A stretch of 64,000 nucleotides of DNA, taken from contig CM075988.1 in NCBI GenBank assembly GCA_038087875.1, forward strand, positions 13,704,001 to 13,768,000, read 5' to 3'. This stretch comes from Malacoraja senta (taxonomy: Eukaryota). The position numbers were made by a program, and so were the translations under genes. The first letter of the stretch is position 1. The number at the start of each line of letters is the position of its first letter. Positions 47,660 through 61,054 of the stretch are shown here, piece after piece. The notes under the pieces were generated by a model. It did not search any database and had not been told where the DNA came from. It was given only the letters and a program-made list of their open reading frames with translations.

Positions 47660-47945
47660 ATATTCAAGGTCTACCAGGCAGCAGTGATTCCAGCCATCCT
47701 ATATGCTTCTGAGACTTGAATTATCTACAGTGCCCATTCAAAAGCATTGGGACAATATTTCCATAGTCTCCACACAATCTTCCAAATTCACTGAAAGGAT
47801 AAGTAGATCAATGTCACTGTTTTCCTTCAGGCCAAAATCCTAAGCATTGTCGTTGCACTCAGTCAACCATGCTGCACGAATGCATGCTTGACACCAGATT
47901 ATTGCAACTAGCACTCTATTTGCAACTTTGTCATGGGAAGAGCAG
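47660..47945 (+). mobile_element. Old RTE (BovB-like) LINE coding remnant
   Basis: Translates as KVYQAAVIPAILYASET*, typical of the RTE C-terminal region. Confidence 0.6.
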
Positions 47946-49465
47946 GGGAATTGAGAACTAGAGGATATAACCATATAACCATATAACCATATAACCATAA
48001 CAGCACGGAAACAGGCCATCTCGGCCCTTCAAGTCCGTGCCGAACATTTAAATTTTTTTTTTTTTTTTATTAAAAATAAAATACTTCCCCCTAGTCCCAT
48101 CTACCTGCACTCTACCTGATATAGGTTTACGGTGAGAGGGGATAGATTTAATGGGAACCTGAGGGGCAACCCAGAAGTCGGTGGGGGCGCTGCAAGCCCG
48201 CAGCCCTGTCAGCAGCATGTTAGTTTCTTCAACTTTTTTTGTGTGTTTTAAAGTATTTTTTAATGTTTCTTGGTGTGTCTTGTGTGGGGGGTGGTGTGAG
48301 GGCGTTTCGGTCGCCTCCTCCACGGAGAGACAACTTTTTCCAGATCGCCTCCCTCGTGGCCTAACATCGAAGATTGGGCGGCCTTTCCCGGAGACACGCC
48401 CGGGGCTTCAGCGGCGGGTGCAGCGTGGACTCGGCGTGGAGCAGGCGAGCCCTCGCCGGAGGGGATCGCTCCGTTTAGCTGGCCCGCGGCAGCCGGCAGC
48501 CTGAAGCCGCGGTCTGCAGAGCTTCAGCTGGCGCGGCGTCCGCGGCCTGCGATCCCCCATGGGGACCCAGGAGGAAAAGAAGCGACCTACACCAACCTGA
48601 AGCCGCGGTCTCCGGCGGGGAAGAGCCGGTTCTGGACATACCTGGACTTTTACCTGTCTGTACATCTGGACGCCCGCAGCGGCTGCTGCGGAGGGTTGTG
48701 GTTCCGACCACGGGGGAAAATGGAGGAGGACTGGCCAAATTTTGTGCCTTCCACCACAGTGATAAATTCTGTGGTGGATGTTTGTGTTAAATTTTTATTG
48801 TGTTTTGGGTGTTCTTTTTTCATTGTACCGCTGCTGGCAAATTAATTTCACTTGCACTTTATGTGCAATGTGACGAAAAGAACCATATTGTATTGTATTG
48901 TATTGTAACCTTTTCACATAAAGGGTGGTAGGTGTATGGTGAGCTGCCAAAGGAGGTAGATGAGGCAGATACTATCACAACATTTAAAAGACATTTGGAC
49001 AGGTACATGGATAGGATAGGTTTAGATGAATATGGGCCAAATTGCATATTAACCCTCCAGCAGCGCGTTCCATACACCCACCACCCTGTGAAAAAGGTAC
49101 CCCTCAGATTCCTCTAAATTCTTTCCCCCTTCTCCTTAAACCTATGCCCACTTGTTCTTGATTCCCCTACTCTGGCAAAAAGACTGTGTGTCTATCCGAT
49201 CTATTTCTCTCAAGATTTTATAGGCCTCAATAAGATAACCCCTCAACCTCCTGTACTCCAAGGAATAGAGTCCTAGCCTGCTCAACCTCTCACTATAGCT
49301 CAGACCCTTGAGTCCTGGCAACATCCATTTAAATCTTCTCTGCACCCATTCCAACTTGACACCATCTTTCCTATCACATGGTGCCCATAACTGAAACATT
49401 ACTCTAAATGCAGCTTCACCAACGTCTTATATAACAGCAATATGACCTCATTACTTCTATACTAC
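47945..49465. mobile_element. Nested CR1 3' fragments
   Basis: A plus-strand CR1 tail is interrupted by a minus-strand tail (47969-48117, duplication gatata, (accatata)n) and by element C. A minus-strand CR1 fragment follows at 49055-49465. Confidence 0.7.
48172..48906 (+). mobile_element. CpG-rich non-coding retro-element with a Rex1-type tail (copy C)
   Basis: It interrupts a CR1 tail with the 4-bp duplication aacc (48168-48171, 48907-48910). It has blocks ggcctaacatc and gccttccaccacagtg...gtggtggatgtt, and the tail atttcacttgcac...gtgac + (tattg)n. Confidence 0.7.
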
Positions 49466-50080
49466 AGAAATTTTGCAAACTGGTGAAATCTCATCTAAAA
49501 AATCTGGCAACAAAGCTGTCAACCCAATGAAGTAGGCCCATGTTTATTCACCTTGCATCTGATGGTAGGGTAATATGAGGGGCAATGATCATGCAAATCA
49601 AGCCCACGGTAACTGACAATGAATGAACAATAAGTTAGGAGAGAACATATTAGCAATTCCAAAAAAAATGATTGGTGTCACTATGTTCTCTGCTGTGTAC
49701 GATAAGCTCTTTGTTTTGATGTTCATTTTTGATATTTAGTTCCCAGCTGGTTAATCTTCTGAAGTGGAGATCACTGTGAATAATTTTCACATTAAATGCA
49801 TTCAATATAAAATACAATTCAGTCTTTGCTTTGCCTATGAATTAATCTTAAAATTTCCATCAATATAGTAATACCCTCATGGGAGAAGATAGAAGCAGGA
49901 TTTCAAAGAGCATGCTATGTTAAACTTTTTAAAGATAAACACTATTAACAGGGACTGTGCTCACACAACAAATAACCATTATAGATAGTCATAGTGATTG
50001 AACAGCAGACATGAACACAGAGTACCAAATTCCAGATACTTTTTCATTGCAAGGGTTTTGTGAAATGGTACATCATACAG

Positions 50081-51121
50081 TAGCAATGTTACAAAATTTT
50101 GAGATTTTAAAAATAAAGTCTGCAATTTATCCCATCAGATAAAGCATAAAAAGAAGTTTAATTTGACACCTAATTCACTTTCATATCTTCAGTATTAAAA
50201 AAGTTATGGCCATTTTCATACTCGGAAATTAGCATCTTGTTCCCTATTGCTTTTCCATTGACATAACTCAAAAGCTGTGATCAAGGACAGTCAAAAGCCC
50301 ATAACTTTCTTAAAAATTAAGAGAACTGAAAGAAATTTTCAGTTATTTTAGATTGAAGCATTCTGAAACAAATATGAAACAATCTTACTTAGAAGACATG
50401 AAATTAAAGCATATAATTAGTTAGTTACCTAATTGTAGCTAATTACAAAATTCAATTACTAGATCTAAACATCTATCAATTTCTTAAGAATAGATTAACA
50501 TTTTTAAATAGCCTAAGTGTCCAAATAACATTCACACAAGAATTCACAATATAACATAATTTTTAAATCTCATTGTCATGGATTTACAGGCCAAATGGAA
50601 GGAATTGAAAGTTTAATACCTGTAAATTAATGGGCATTTATATCATCTTGCGAGTGAGGTTTTCTGGAACGCGATCATTTGGAACGTTGATTTGTGGTGA
50701 ATTTAACCCCGTATCGGCATGAAAAATTCTGCCGTTAATTCGGGGAATAAAATCACCGTTTCGCATGAAAAAATATTAATTAAAGGCTTCTTAAGAAGCA
50801 CTTTTATACATTAAAATAAACCACTTTCGTTTACCTGTCCCGTGTATGAAATCCGTCCCCGTTGTCGGCGTTGAGCTTCAGAAGCTGCTTTTAAAATAAC
50901 TCCAGCGCTGACATTGTCGATTTAATAAAAATAAAAAATACACAAAACGCCCCTAGGAACGATTTTTCAGCAAACGCGTGCACTCCAACGAAATATAATA
51001 CAAGACAAGGTAGGAGAAACACGCGTTTTAAACCCAACCCCCCCTTAAAGGCACCAAAATCGCGCACAAGGCCAGTGGCAGAATTACAGCGCCGTTGAAG
51101 GTAAGTATTGTAACATACCTA
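50081..51121. mobile_element. Non-autonomous hAT-like DNA transposon (1041 bp)
   Basis: Imperfect TIRs TAGCAATGTTACAAAATTT / TAGGTATGTTACAATACTT (reverse complement). A 7-bp TSD catacag lies at 50074-50080 and 51122-51128. Confidence 0.75.
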
Positions 51122-53699
51122 CATACAGATTCGATGTTTTCATTGTAAATCTAAAGGTGTATGCTGAGACTGACATAGAGTGAGACTTTATAAAAGTGGT
51201 CATCAAAACATTGTAGGATAGAATAAAGTGGATGTAAATGATCTGGAGAGACAATTCCTCTTTGGCCCCCAGAGTAAAATGTAAAATAAATATGACAGTT
51301 TATTGTTTTAAAATTGAATTTAATTGAAATTAATAAACTCAAAGTTCTTAATCTCTGAATCCCTTAAAAACACAAGAATCCACCCAGCATCTGCAATTTC
51401 TTTTGATATTTTAAGAATGCATCTTGATTTTGAAATTGTGCCTTCTTTATGTTGGCCAGAAATTTCCCTTGGAGGATAGGGAGATGGTGTAAGGAAGCTG
51501 TAAACGCTATAATCTCTCTTCCCCCCCTTCTGCCAGATATACTCCATGTGTGGTGCTGAAGATGAGTGGTGCTGACTGAAATCACAAGACCTTTGAAGTT
51601 TCAGGATTTCATGCTTGCTTTTAATGATAGCAGTTCCCTCAGTCTGTCTTTCCTAACCACTTCTTAATTAAATAATCAGTACTCACAATTCACATGAGAA
51701 ATTTTGAAAAGATCAAGAAGTGTGTATAACCAGAGCCTAAGGAGATTAAAGATGACCATGAATATTTTTGAACTGCTCAAATTACAACACTTTACAGTCA
51801 GTGCCAGTCCTTTACAAACACTAATGAATGATACATTTTTGGTGGAAGAACTAAGACAGATAATGTAAATTAACTGATATAATTTTATAGGAGACGCAAG
51901 AGATTGCAGATGCTGGAATCTGGAGTAAAAAACTGTTTCCAGAGCACCTTTTATAGTTCTATTAAAACAAACTACTGGAGGAACTCAGTGGGTCGAGCAG
52001 CATCTGTGGGGAGTGGGGTGCAAGGTATTGTCAGCATTTTGGTTCGTTTGGTTTTACTCTCAAGCCTTTCTTGACGTCCTCTGAGTGAGGGCTATATGTA
52101 TGTATCTATTTATGTACTCAATCTATGAACCAATGCTGTATAACATTAGTACCTCCACCAATGTAAAGCACTTTGGCCAATGAGAGCTGTTTTTTAAATG
52201 TGCTATATAAATAAAAGTGACTTGACTTGACTCTGCATCACAATTATTTTCCCCTGCTCAGCTTAACCCACTGAATTCCTTCAGTAGTTTATGTTTTGAT
52301 ATAATTTCAGGTATGCTCTGGAAACATAGAGACCTAAGTGTTCACATTTCTGATCCTTCTAAATGGTAGGATAAATTTAAAATGTTGCTTCAATGATGCA
52401 TATGTGATTATTCATGTTAAAAACAGAAGCTTCCGCTAAACCTTTGTAAGCAGATGATTAAATATTGGCAATATTGTGGTGTTTACCAATTGTACAACTC
52501 AAGAGGATATTATGTAAAGTGCTGCCTGGATCTTGGTTATGCAAAAACACGGGAGAAGATTACAAAAAAATCAACAAGATTTTGTGAATTTTGAAGGGTC
52601 TTCAATATTACTACGGGAAGAAGCTTAAATTACTATTTTTAAAACAAAAGAGCCAAAAGCATCATGAGAAGCATTTCTGCATAGAAAATTATACTGATCG
52701 GGAAAGCGCTGCCTGAAAATACCGTGGTAGCAGATTTAATATCAGTTTCTAAAATAAATCTGGATCGATATTTGAATTGGAAAAATAAAGGAAGTTGGCA
52801 AGAGAAACTGATCACTTTCTCAAAGAGATCACACACGTTCCCTTCTATGTATTCTGTTTTTACATTTTGTAAGACCTGCTTAGATCAGGGGAAGTAGAAT
52901 AATCTGGAATTCAAGTCGAAAATTAAAAGAAGAATGCAAAAGAGAGCTGAATAGATGGAAAGAAATATTTCTCCCTCAGACTGAGGAAAAGGTGGAATAT
53001 TTTTCCAGGAACATATGGACTACATGTTGGATAGAAATATTGCAGACCTCACATGCCAATCTATAAATGAGTTTATAGTAGCAAATGGATAGAAAATAGA
53101 TCAATAATGTGACAAAATTAATCTAATAAACACAGGTTGTGTTTATTAGTCAAAATATATTCTATAGACACAAAATGCTTTAGGCTTTGCATCATTGAAG
53201 CTACTATAATGCTGGCTGGTACATCTTCAAACTCCAATAGATATTTAATTAGATTCCAAACAATGGAAATTTTTGACATCGGTTTGGTTCACCTGTTATC
53301 CATGTCTAAACATTCGACAAGAAAATAATTAATACACTCCTCTCAAGATAGATATATCATATGTCAGACTGGCAGCATTAGCAGCAAATTACACATTCCC
53401 ACAAAATAAAAGAGAAGTGACATGAAATAAATTATTTGAGTCTTTGCTGACCCAATAGTCTATTAAGTACCTGCATATCCACGCTCCATTGAATGTTATT
53501 AGTCAATTTCAAAATCACTGCCCTAGTCATTAACATGCAGTAAACGCAACTTTCAGAAATTTATAACAGAACTACAAATGAGGTTAGAATGCTGATGAGA
53601 TTGGAGGTTAGTTGAGGAAAGTTGTTTCAATCATATTTTAATTACATAACTAACTTTCGGGAAGTATTTGCTCTTTGTGGCTGTGAACTGTATTTATTC

Positions 53700-54130
53700 T
53701 TTCTCAGAACACATGAAGAAAAAGGTGGGCAATGCCTACTCAACAGTGGTCTCTTCAGAACAAGGATCCCCTGCACCCTCTCCACTTCAGAGATGACCAA
53801 TGTGGAGCCTGTGGACTCTGTCACTGAGGAGCTGCTTGATGGATGGGTAGTTTAGGAGGTGTTCCTTCCATCATTTTGTTGAGGTACTGGGTGCAGCTCA
53901 CAAATGAATTTGAGGTTCTCAGATCCACCCTGAATACTACTTCTCATGTTGAGGGTCAGAGATTCCAATGAGTTGTTGGGGATGTTACAGTTTATCAGGA
54001 GGCTTTGAGAAAATCCTTCAGCTATTCCCTCTGTACCCCAGGCAATTTTGAGGAGGAGCTTGGAATGAAACATTTGTTTTGAGAGGATGTTGCCATGTTT
54101 GCAGACAATGTGATCTGCCCAACATCCTTA
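53700..54130 (-). mobile_element. Old RTE LINE 3' remnant
   Basis: Minus strand tgggcagatcacattgtctgc...ctctcaaaacaaatg resembles the RTE WAGHIVRM..RLPKQ region. It is heavily decayed. Confidence 0.5.
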
Positions 54131-54679
54131 GGCTTGCTCTCTGTCCCTGAGGCCACATAAATATAACCTTTTATCTCTCGTACCCAGATGTGAAGAAGAG
54201 TCTTGGATCAAAAAAATTAACATGGGTTCGCTTTGCACAGATGCTGCCTGACTTGCTGAGTGTTTCCAGCATTTACAATGTTCATTCCTAGATATCCCAA
54301 ACAGATCATTTTGAACATTTCCCACGGTATCGCCCCGGAGAATAAAACCATTAACGTTATACATTTTGCTAACTCATGGGATGGAGACATCACTGCAAAA
54401 CGTTTATTTCCCAGCCCTAACTCCTATTATACTGAAAGGGTTACTGAGCTGTTTCAGAGGTTAGTTATGCACTCTGGATTTAGAGCAAATGCAGGTGGGC
54501 CCAGTAATGATGGTTGGTCTCCTTCCACAAATGGAAGGAAAAAAAATCATAGTTTTCTAGTCACAGATACTAGGTGTTTATCTGATTGTGTATTCAATTT
54601 ATGAAATTAATTATTAATGGTATTTCATTTTGCGAGTCGTTAGATTAGATTCTGTCACAGATTGCAACATATCAAGTTA

Positions 54680-57600
54680 TACGATATGATACAATACGAT
54701 TTGATAGAACTGCATTTATCCCAGGAAGGAAATTGGTCTGCCAACAGTCATAAAACACAAGAAGATACATGAAATTCAAGTGACGTGTGAAAAGTCCAGG
54801 ATTTGGGATGTGCAAGCATTGGGGAGGGGGTGGGGGGTGAGGGCGTGTGGGGGGAGGGAGTCAGTCTACCACTCTACAGAAGGGGGAGGAGTTGTACAGT
54901 TTGATACCACATGGAAAAAGGATCTCCCATGGCATTCTGTGTTGCATCTTGGTGGAACCAGTCTGTTGCTGAAGGTGCTCCTCAGGTTGACCAGTGGATC
55001 ATGGAGGGATATTGTCCAAGATGCTCCACTGTTTTTTTTATTTTTATTTTTTTATTTTATTTATTAGAAGCACATTACGTTACAACCACATCCATTAGTA
55101 CTCGTCACATATATTTTATTACAATTAATGTACTCCGTTTTTTGTTTTTTTTACATTGATAAAGGGAGAGGATAAGAGGAAAGTGAAGGAAAAGGTGAAA
55201 GTGTAAAAAACAAAACAAAAAAACGTGACAACAAGAAAGAACAAAGACCCTATAAGAAAAAGAGTTAAGAAGTAGACCCTAGAAAAGAAGAAGAAAAAGA
55301 GAAAGGAAAAAGAGAAGAACAAATACCTTTTTTATCAGCATCCCGCAAATGGGACATACCAAATCTCCAATTTTCATCCCCCCCCCTACCCGACCTCAGT
55401 TTTTTTAAAGTACCTTTGCACCCTATATTTGTAATAATTCTATAAATGCCGACCACGTCAGGTGGAAGTGGTCTGGTTTACCTGCCAGGAGGAGTCTTAT
55501 CTCTTCTAGGTGTAATGTTTCAAACATATTTGAAATCCACATGTTTATAGTTGGTATTGGAGCATTTTTCCAAAATTTTAGGATTAACTTTTTTCCAGTT
55601 ATTAACCCATAGTCTATTAGATTCATTTGAAACACATTTAGTTCTGGACTATCTTCCGTTATTCTGAAGATAATCCATTCTGCTTTGGGTATCAGTTTTA
55701 TTTTAAATAATTTTGTAAAGATTTCAAAAATGTCAATCCAAAATTTTTGAATTTTTGTACAAAAGACAAATGAATGCGCTATAGTAGCTTCTTGAGATTG
55801 ACATTTATCACAGTTTGATGATATATTTGGGAAAATGTTATGGATTTTAGTTTTAGAATAATATAAACTATGTAAAATTTTGAATTGTATTAAAGTATGT
55901 CTTACATTTATCGAACATTTATGCACTTTTAATAAGTATTCATTCCACTTTTCCTTTGAGATTTTAATAGCTAAATCTTGTTCCCATTCTCTTCTAATAC
56001 CTTCCGTAGATGGTATTTCTACATTTAAGATAATATTATACAAATATGATATTGAATTTGCTGAATCAGCTTTTATCTGCATTGCATCATCCAAAACATC
56101 TACTGGGCTATTATAATGATCTTTTATATATTTTTTCAAATAGTCACATATTTGAAAATATTTAAAATATTGATTATTTCCGAGTTTATATTTTATTTGT
56201 AATTGCTGAAATGATAGTAATTTTCCAGTTTCATACAGGTCACCGAACATTTTAATTCCTAGTCTATCCCATTGTATGAAGGCTTTATCTGTAGTAGAGG
56301 GATTAAACAAAGGGTTATTAACTATGGGAGATAAAAGTGAAAAATTTCTTAATTTTAAATTTTGTTTTATTTGTTTCCAAATTCTGATTGTACTATGTAT
56401 GATTGGGTTCTTATTATAGTTTATGTTATTCAGTTTCGTTGGTGAGAGGAGGATCGCTCCAATGTTTCTAGAGGAGCAGTCCTCTCTCTCCATTACAATC
56501 CAATCCACTTGCTGAGCAGAATTATCCATCAGTTGAATCATATTTTTAATATTTACTGACCAATAATAATACATGAAATTAGGGAGTGCTAAACCCCCTA
56601 GTACTTTGGGTTTGTTCAGGTGTGTTCTTTGTATTCTGTGTGATTTATAGTCCCATATAAAATTAGTAATGTCTGAGTCCAGTTTTTTTTTAAACTTCTT
56701 TGGTAAGTATATAGGAATCGATTGAAATAGGTATAAAATTTGTGGAAGAAAGATCATTTTTATTGCATTTATTCGGCCTATTAAAGACATCGGGAGCGTT
56801 TTCCAAAATTTAATTAATGTATTTAATTTATTAAGTAAAAGCTCAAAATTTGCTTTAAACATACCTTGATATGTTCTGGTAATTTCGATTCCCAGGTATT
56901 TAAATGTTTCTGTAGCTATTTTAAAAGGGAATTTTAAAAGATGTGTTGAGTCTTTCGGTTTTATTGACATAATTTCACTTTTATTCCAGTTTATTCTGTA
57001 TCCAGAAAAAGATCCAAAGTCTTCAATTAAGTTTAATATATTTGGTATAGTGATTTGAGGTTTTGTAATGTACAGTAATATATCATCCGCATATAAAGAT
57101 ATTTTATTATTTGGGTATTTAGTATTATACCCATGGATATCGGGATGTATTCAATTTTTTTCTGCTAACGGTTCAATTATAAGAGCAAACAACTGTGGTG
57201 ATAATGAGCACCCTTGTCTATTTCCCCTTGATAGTTGAAATTTCAAAGATAATATATTATTAGTTAATATTCTAGCTGTAGGTTTATTATATAGTAATTT
57301 AATCCATAAAATAAAATTATTTCCCAATTGGAATTTTTCTAATACTTTATCCATATAATTCCATTCTACTTGATCAAATGCTTTTTCAGCATCCAGCGAA
57401 ATAATTGATAATTCTTGTTCTTCAAATTTATGTGAATGCATTATATTGAGTAAACATCTCATACTATTAGCTGAGTATCTCTTCGGGATAAACCCCGTCT
57501 GATCTGGATTTATTAGTTTGCTAATATATTTACTTAATCTTCTAGCTAATGTTTTTGCTAATATTTTTTGATCTGTGTTTAACAGTGCAATAGCTCTATA

Positions 57601-58270
57601 TGAATCCGGTTCTTCTATATCTTTGTTTTTTTTAAGTATTAATGTCATCGTTGATTCAGCTAATGTATCAGGTAGTATTTGTTTTTTAAAAGCATGTTGG
57701 TACATTTTTTGTAATCTAGGTATAATTTTATCATAGTAATCTTTATAAAATTCATTAGTAAATCCATCAGGACCTGGAGTTTTTCCATTCTTTAGTGATT
57801 TTATTGTATCTTCTAATTCCTTAATTGAAATTTGTGCTCCCAATTCCTCTTGTTCCTTCACCTCTAACTTTGGAAGATTACAGTTATCCAGAAACTCAGT
57901 AATTTTATAGGAATCAGTTGTCGTTTTAGATGTATACAGATTCTCATAAAATTGTGCAAATCTTTTATTAATATCCTTATTAAAGTAGATGCTCCACTGT
58001 TTGAGGAGCACCCTCCCCTCCAAGACCATCTCCAGTGAATCCAACTCTGCCACCAGGATGGAGCCAGCCTTCCTGATGAGCTTGTTAAGTCTGTTGGCAA
58101 TCGTGGCCTTTGCCCTGCTACCCCAACACACGACAGCGAACAAGATGTTCACCGATTGGCAGAACATCTGCAGCATCTTACTGCAGTGTTGAAGAGCGGA
58201 GCCTCTTCAGAAAGTACAAATAGCTCTATCCCTTCTTATCCAGTGCCTCAGCGTTCCTGGACCAGTCCAG
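54680..58270 (-). mobile_element. Rex1-type LINE fragment split by an L1 insertion
   Basis: Peptide MLQMFCQSVNILFAVVCWGS...RLNKLIRKAGS (58003-58270) continues at 54680-55034. Confidence 0.75.
55035..57986 (-). mobile_element. 5'-truncated L1 LINE (ORF2 RT and C-terminal domain, 3'UTR, poly-A)
   Basis: PGPDG, YRAIALLN, SLDAEKAFD, GNRQGCSLSP, YADD, and a CCHC-like CDKC..HSFVFC. A 16-bp TSD agatgctccactgttt lies at 55019-55034 and 57987-58002. There is a frameshift near 57150. Confidence 0.95.
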
Positions 58271-59011
58271 TTATGGTGAGCATTTTGATTTTTCATGTCC
58301 AGTAACTGAGAGCTTGAAAAGATATTTGACAAAAAAGAGCAATGATTAACCAGCTACAGATATCTAGGATGGTACTGTAGTTTAAAACAACAAAACATAT
58401 TTTCCGTCTTTGTGACAATTTAAAAAGATTGTGGCTAATAGTGACAGAGAAAGCATTTTGAAGGGTGGTTTAGTGAGTTAATGCACAACACCATTTTTGA
58501 TATTCTCAGTTGACACCTGCCAAGCTATTACAAAGCTATTCATGTTATTTTGTAAATGGTGTCTCAATGCTGAGTGCTGCTTTCCCTTGTGTATTCTTAC
58601 AGTTCTGTTGATTTGACAGTTTTCAACAGTGTCTCTCTCATCTTGTTTGTGAATATTATTAAAGATAATTTTTTGGGTGACGAACACACACTATATGTGA
58701 CTCTGTTTTTAGTGCTGTTGCTTACTTGAAGGACCACTAATTGAAGAGCAAAAATGGAGTTATATATGCAAAATTCTATAATTATATTAACCACCTGAAA
58801 ATCTGAAATATTTAACTTTATAAATGCTAACCTCTTTATCTATTTCTTGGGGTCCACAATTCCTTCAAGTATTGACACTGCACAGGGAACATATGTAAAG
58901 GGCCTGTCCCACTTGGCCGTCATTTACGCAATAGGCCGGTAGTGACTGACGCACGACGGTCGCGCGCATCATCATGCGTCCGCACAGCCGTCTAGAGCGC
59001 GTGACGTCATT

Positions 59012-59204
59012 TGAAGATAGACACAAAATGCAGGAGTAATTCAGCGGGACCGGCAGCATCTATGGAGAGAAGCAATGGATGATGTTTCGGATCGACACTC
59101 TTCTTCAGTCTGAAGAAGGGTCTCGACCCGAAACGTCACCCATTGCTTCTCTCCAGAGATGCTGTAGGTCCCGCTGAATTACTCCAGCATTTTGTGTCTA
59201 TCTC
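59012..59204. repeat. Penelope-derived near-perfect palindrome centred on the hammerhead-like core
   Basis: About 95-bp inverted arms meet at cttcagtctgaag (59103-59115). Confidence 0.85.
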
Positions 59205-60292
59205 CAATCATCTTGGCCCCGCTCTGGGAGTAGGATTGGGGGCGGACCCGGATCCGCAACGGCCGTGAGCCCCAGGCCGAGCTCGGCGATCGTTTGCCTG
59301 CTTCTGCTGCTGTTGGAGGTGAGACATTGTGCCGCGCCAGGGTCTTGGGCCTGTCCCACTTTGGCCGTCAGTTTTTTGTTTTTTAATTTTTAATTTTTAT
59401 TAGAAGTAAGTACAATAATGTAGTACATAAGTACCTAATACACACTGAGATATTACAATTCATGTACAACTTCTTATTTTTAATTTAACCATAAAACAGA
59501 AAATGAAGAAAGGAAAGATAGAGGAAGAGAGAGTATCTTAAGAAGTGGTGATAGTTTTAGTTCGTGAAATAGTAATTATCTCATAAAATCGTTTATAGAA
59601 TTCATTACTAAAGCCATCTGGTCCTGGCGTTTTACGATTCTTCAACGAATTTATCGTTTCTTCTATTTCTTTAAGTGTAATCTGAGCTCCTGATTCCTCT
59701 TGTTCCAACGTATTAAGTTTTGGGAGATTACAGTTGTCTAAGAAATTTATGATTTTAGTGTTATCTGCTGAGGTTTTAGATGTATATAAATGTTGATAAA
59801 ATTGGGCAAATCTTTTGTTAATGTCTTTAGGTACTGTTAATAATTCACCTTTGATTTAATTTTGGTCATTGTATTTTCCTTTTCCCGTTTTTTCAGTTGA
59901 CGTGCTAAATGTTTATGTGGTTTATTGCCAAATTCAAAGTTTTCCTGTTTTGTAATTTGAAATAATCTTATGACTCTTGCCGATAAAATTTTATTTAATT
60001 TAAATTTCAATATTGTTATCTTATTATGTTTGTCTATGGTTGGGTCTTTGGCATTATCTAGATCTAATTGTCTAATTTGTTGTTCTAGTTACAATTGTTC
60101 AGTATTGTTATTTTTATTTTGGAAAGCTTGATATGAAATTATAACTCTTCTAATGAATGCCTTAAAAGCTTCCCATAATAAAGAGGGTGAGATCCCTGGT
60201 GTGTCATTCGTCTCAAAGAAAAATGTCATCAGCTGTTTTAAATATGTGCAACCTTGTGGGTTGTTTAAAATTTGGGGGTTAAACCTCCAGAA

Positions 60293-61054
60293 TTATTTTT
60301 TATCAGTCATTCCTTCTAGTTTTAAGAAAAAAGTTAACGGGGAGTGATCAGAAATAATACTATTATGATATTTAGGGATAGTTGTGTACAGAATTAATTT
60401 CGTATCCACTAGAAAATAGTCGATACGTGAATAAGTTTTATGTACCGTTGAATAAAACGAGTATTCCCTTCCAACTGGGTTAGCAATCCTCCATACGTCT
60501 GTTATGTTTGTGTTTTTTATATATGTATTTAGGAGTTCACTAGTTTTAGATTTTATGTTAGTCCTCTTTTGTTTTGCAGATTTGACTAGATATGGATCTA
60601 GAACACAGTTGAAATCTCCCCCTATTATCACGTTTTGATAATTAAACTCTGAAATTATATCCAGAATGTTATTAAAAAATTTAGGGTTATCAAAGTTAGG
60701 AGCATAAATGTTTATCATAGTAAATGGGGTAGAGTGAATCTCTCCCGTATATAAGATACCTCCCCTCTTTATCTGATATAATATTCTTTGATTTAAATGG
60801 TATACCTTTACGAATAATAATAGCCGTGCCTCATTAGAAGTAAATGAAGAATAATATGTTTGGCCGATCCAATTTGCCTTCAATCTTATCTGTGTTTGAT
60901 GTTTCAAATGTGTTTCCTGTAAAAAAATTATATCAGAATTGAGTGATTTTAATTGGGCAAAAATCTTACCCCTTTTAATTGGCTCATTAGAGCCCCTTAT
61001 ATTCCAGCTACAAAACGTGATTCCTCCAGTTTTCTTTTGTTTATCGTCTTGCAT
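60293..61054 (-). pseudogene. L1 ORF2 APE endonuclease (frameshifted)
   Basis: SWNIRG, FLQETH, NIYAPN, IGGDFN, SRIDYF, ISDHSP. Confidence 0.9.

Noticed and set aside
57151..58176. 341-aa ORF as a novel fusion protein
   Set aside because: Chance in-frame read-through from a Rex1 remnant across the TSD into a truncated L1 ORF2.
6850..59204. Recurrent ~30-bp partially palindromic motif ctgaagaagggtctcgacccgaaacgtc as a CRISPR repeat
   Set aside because: Copies are dispersed, sit within longer homologous flanks, have no regular spacers or cas genes, and belong to the Penelope tail.
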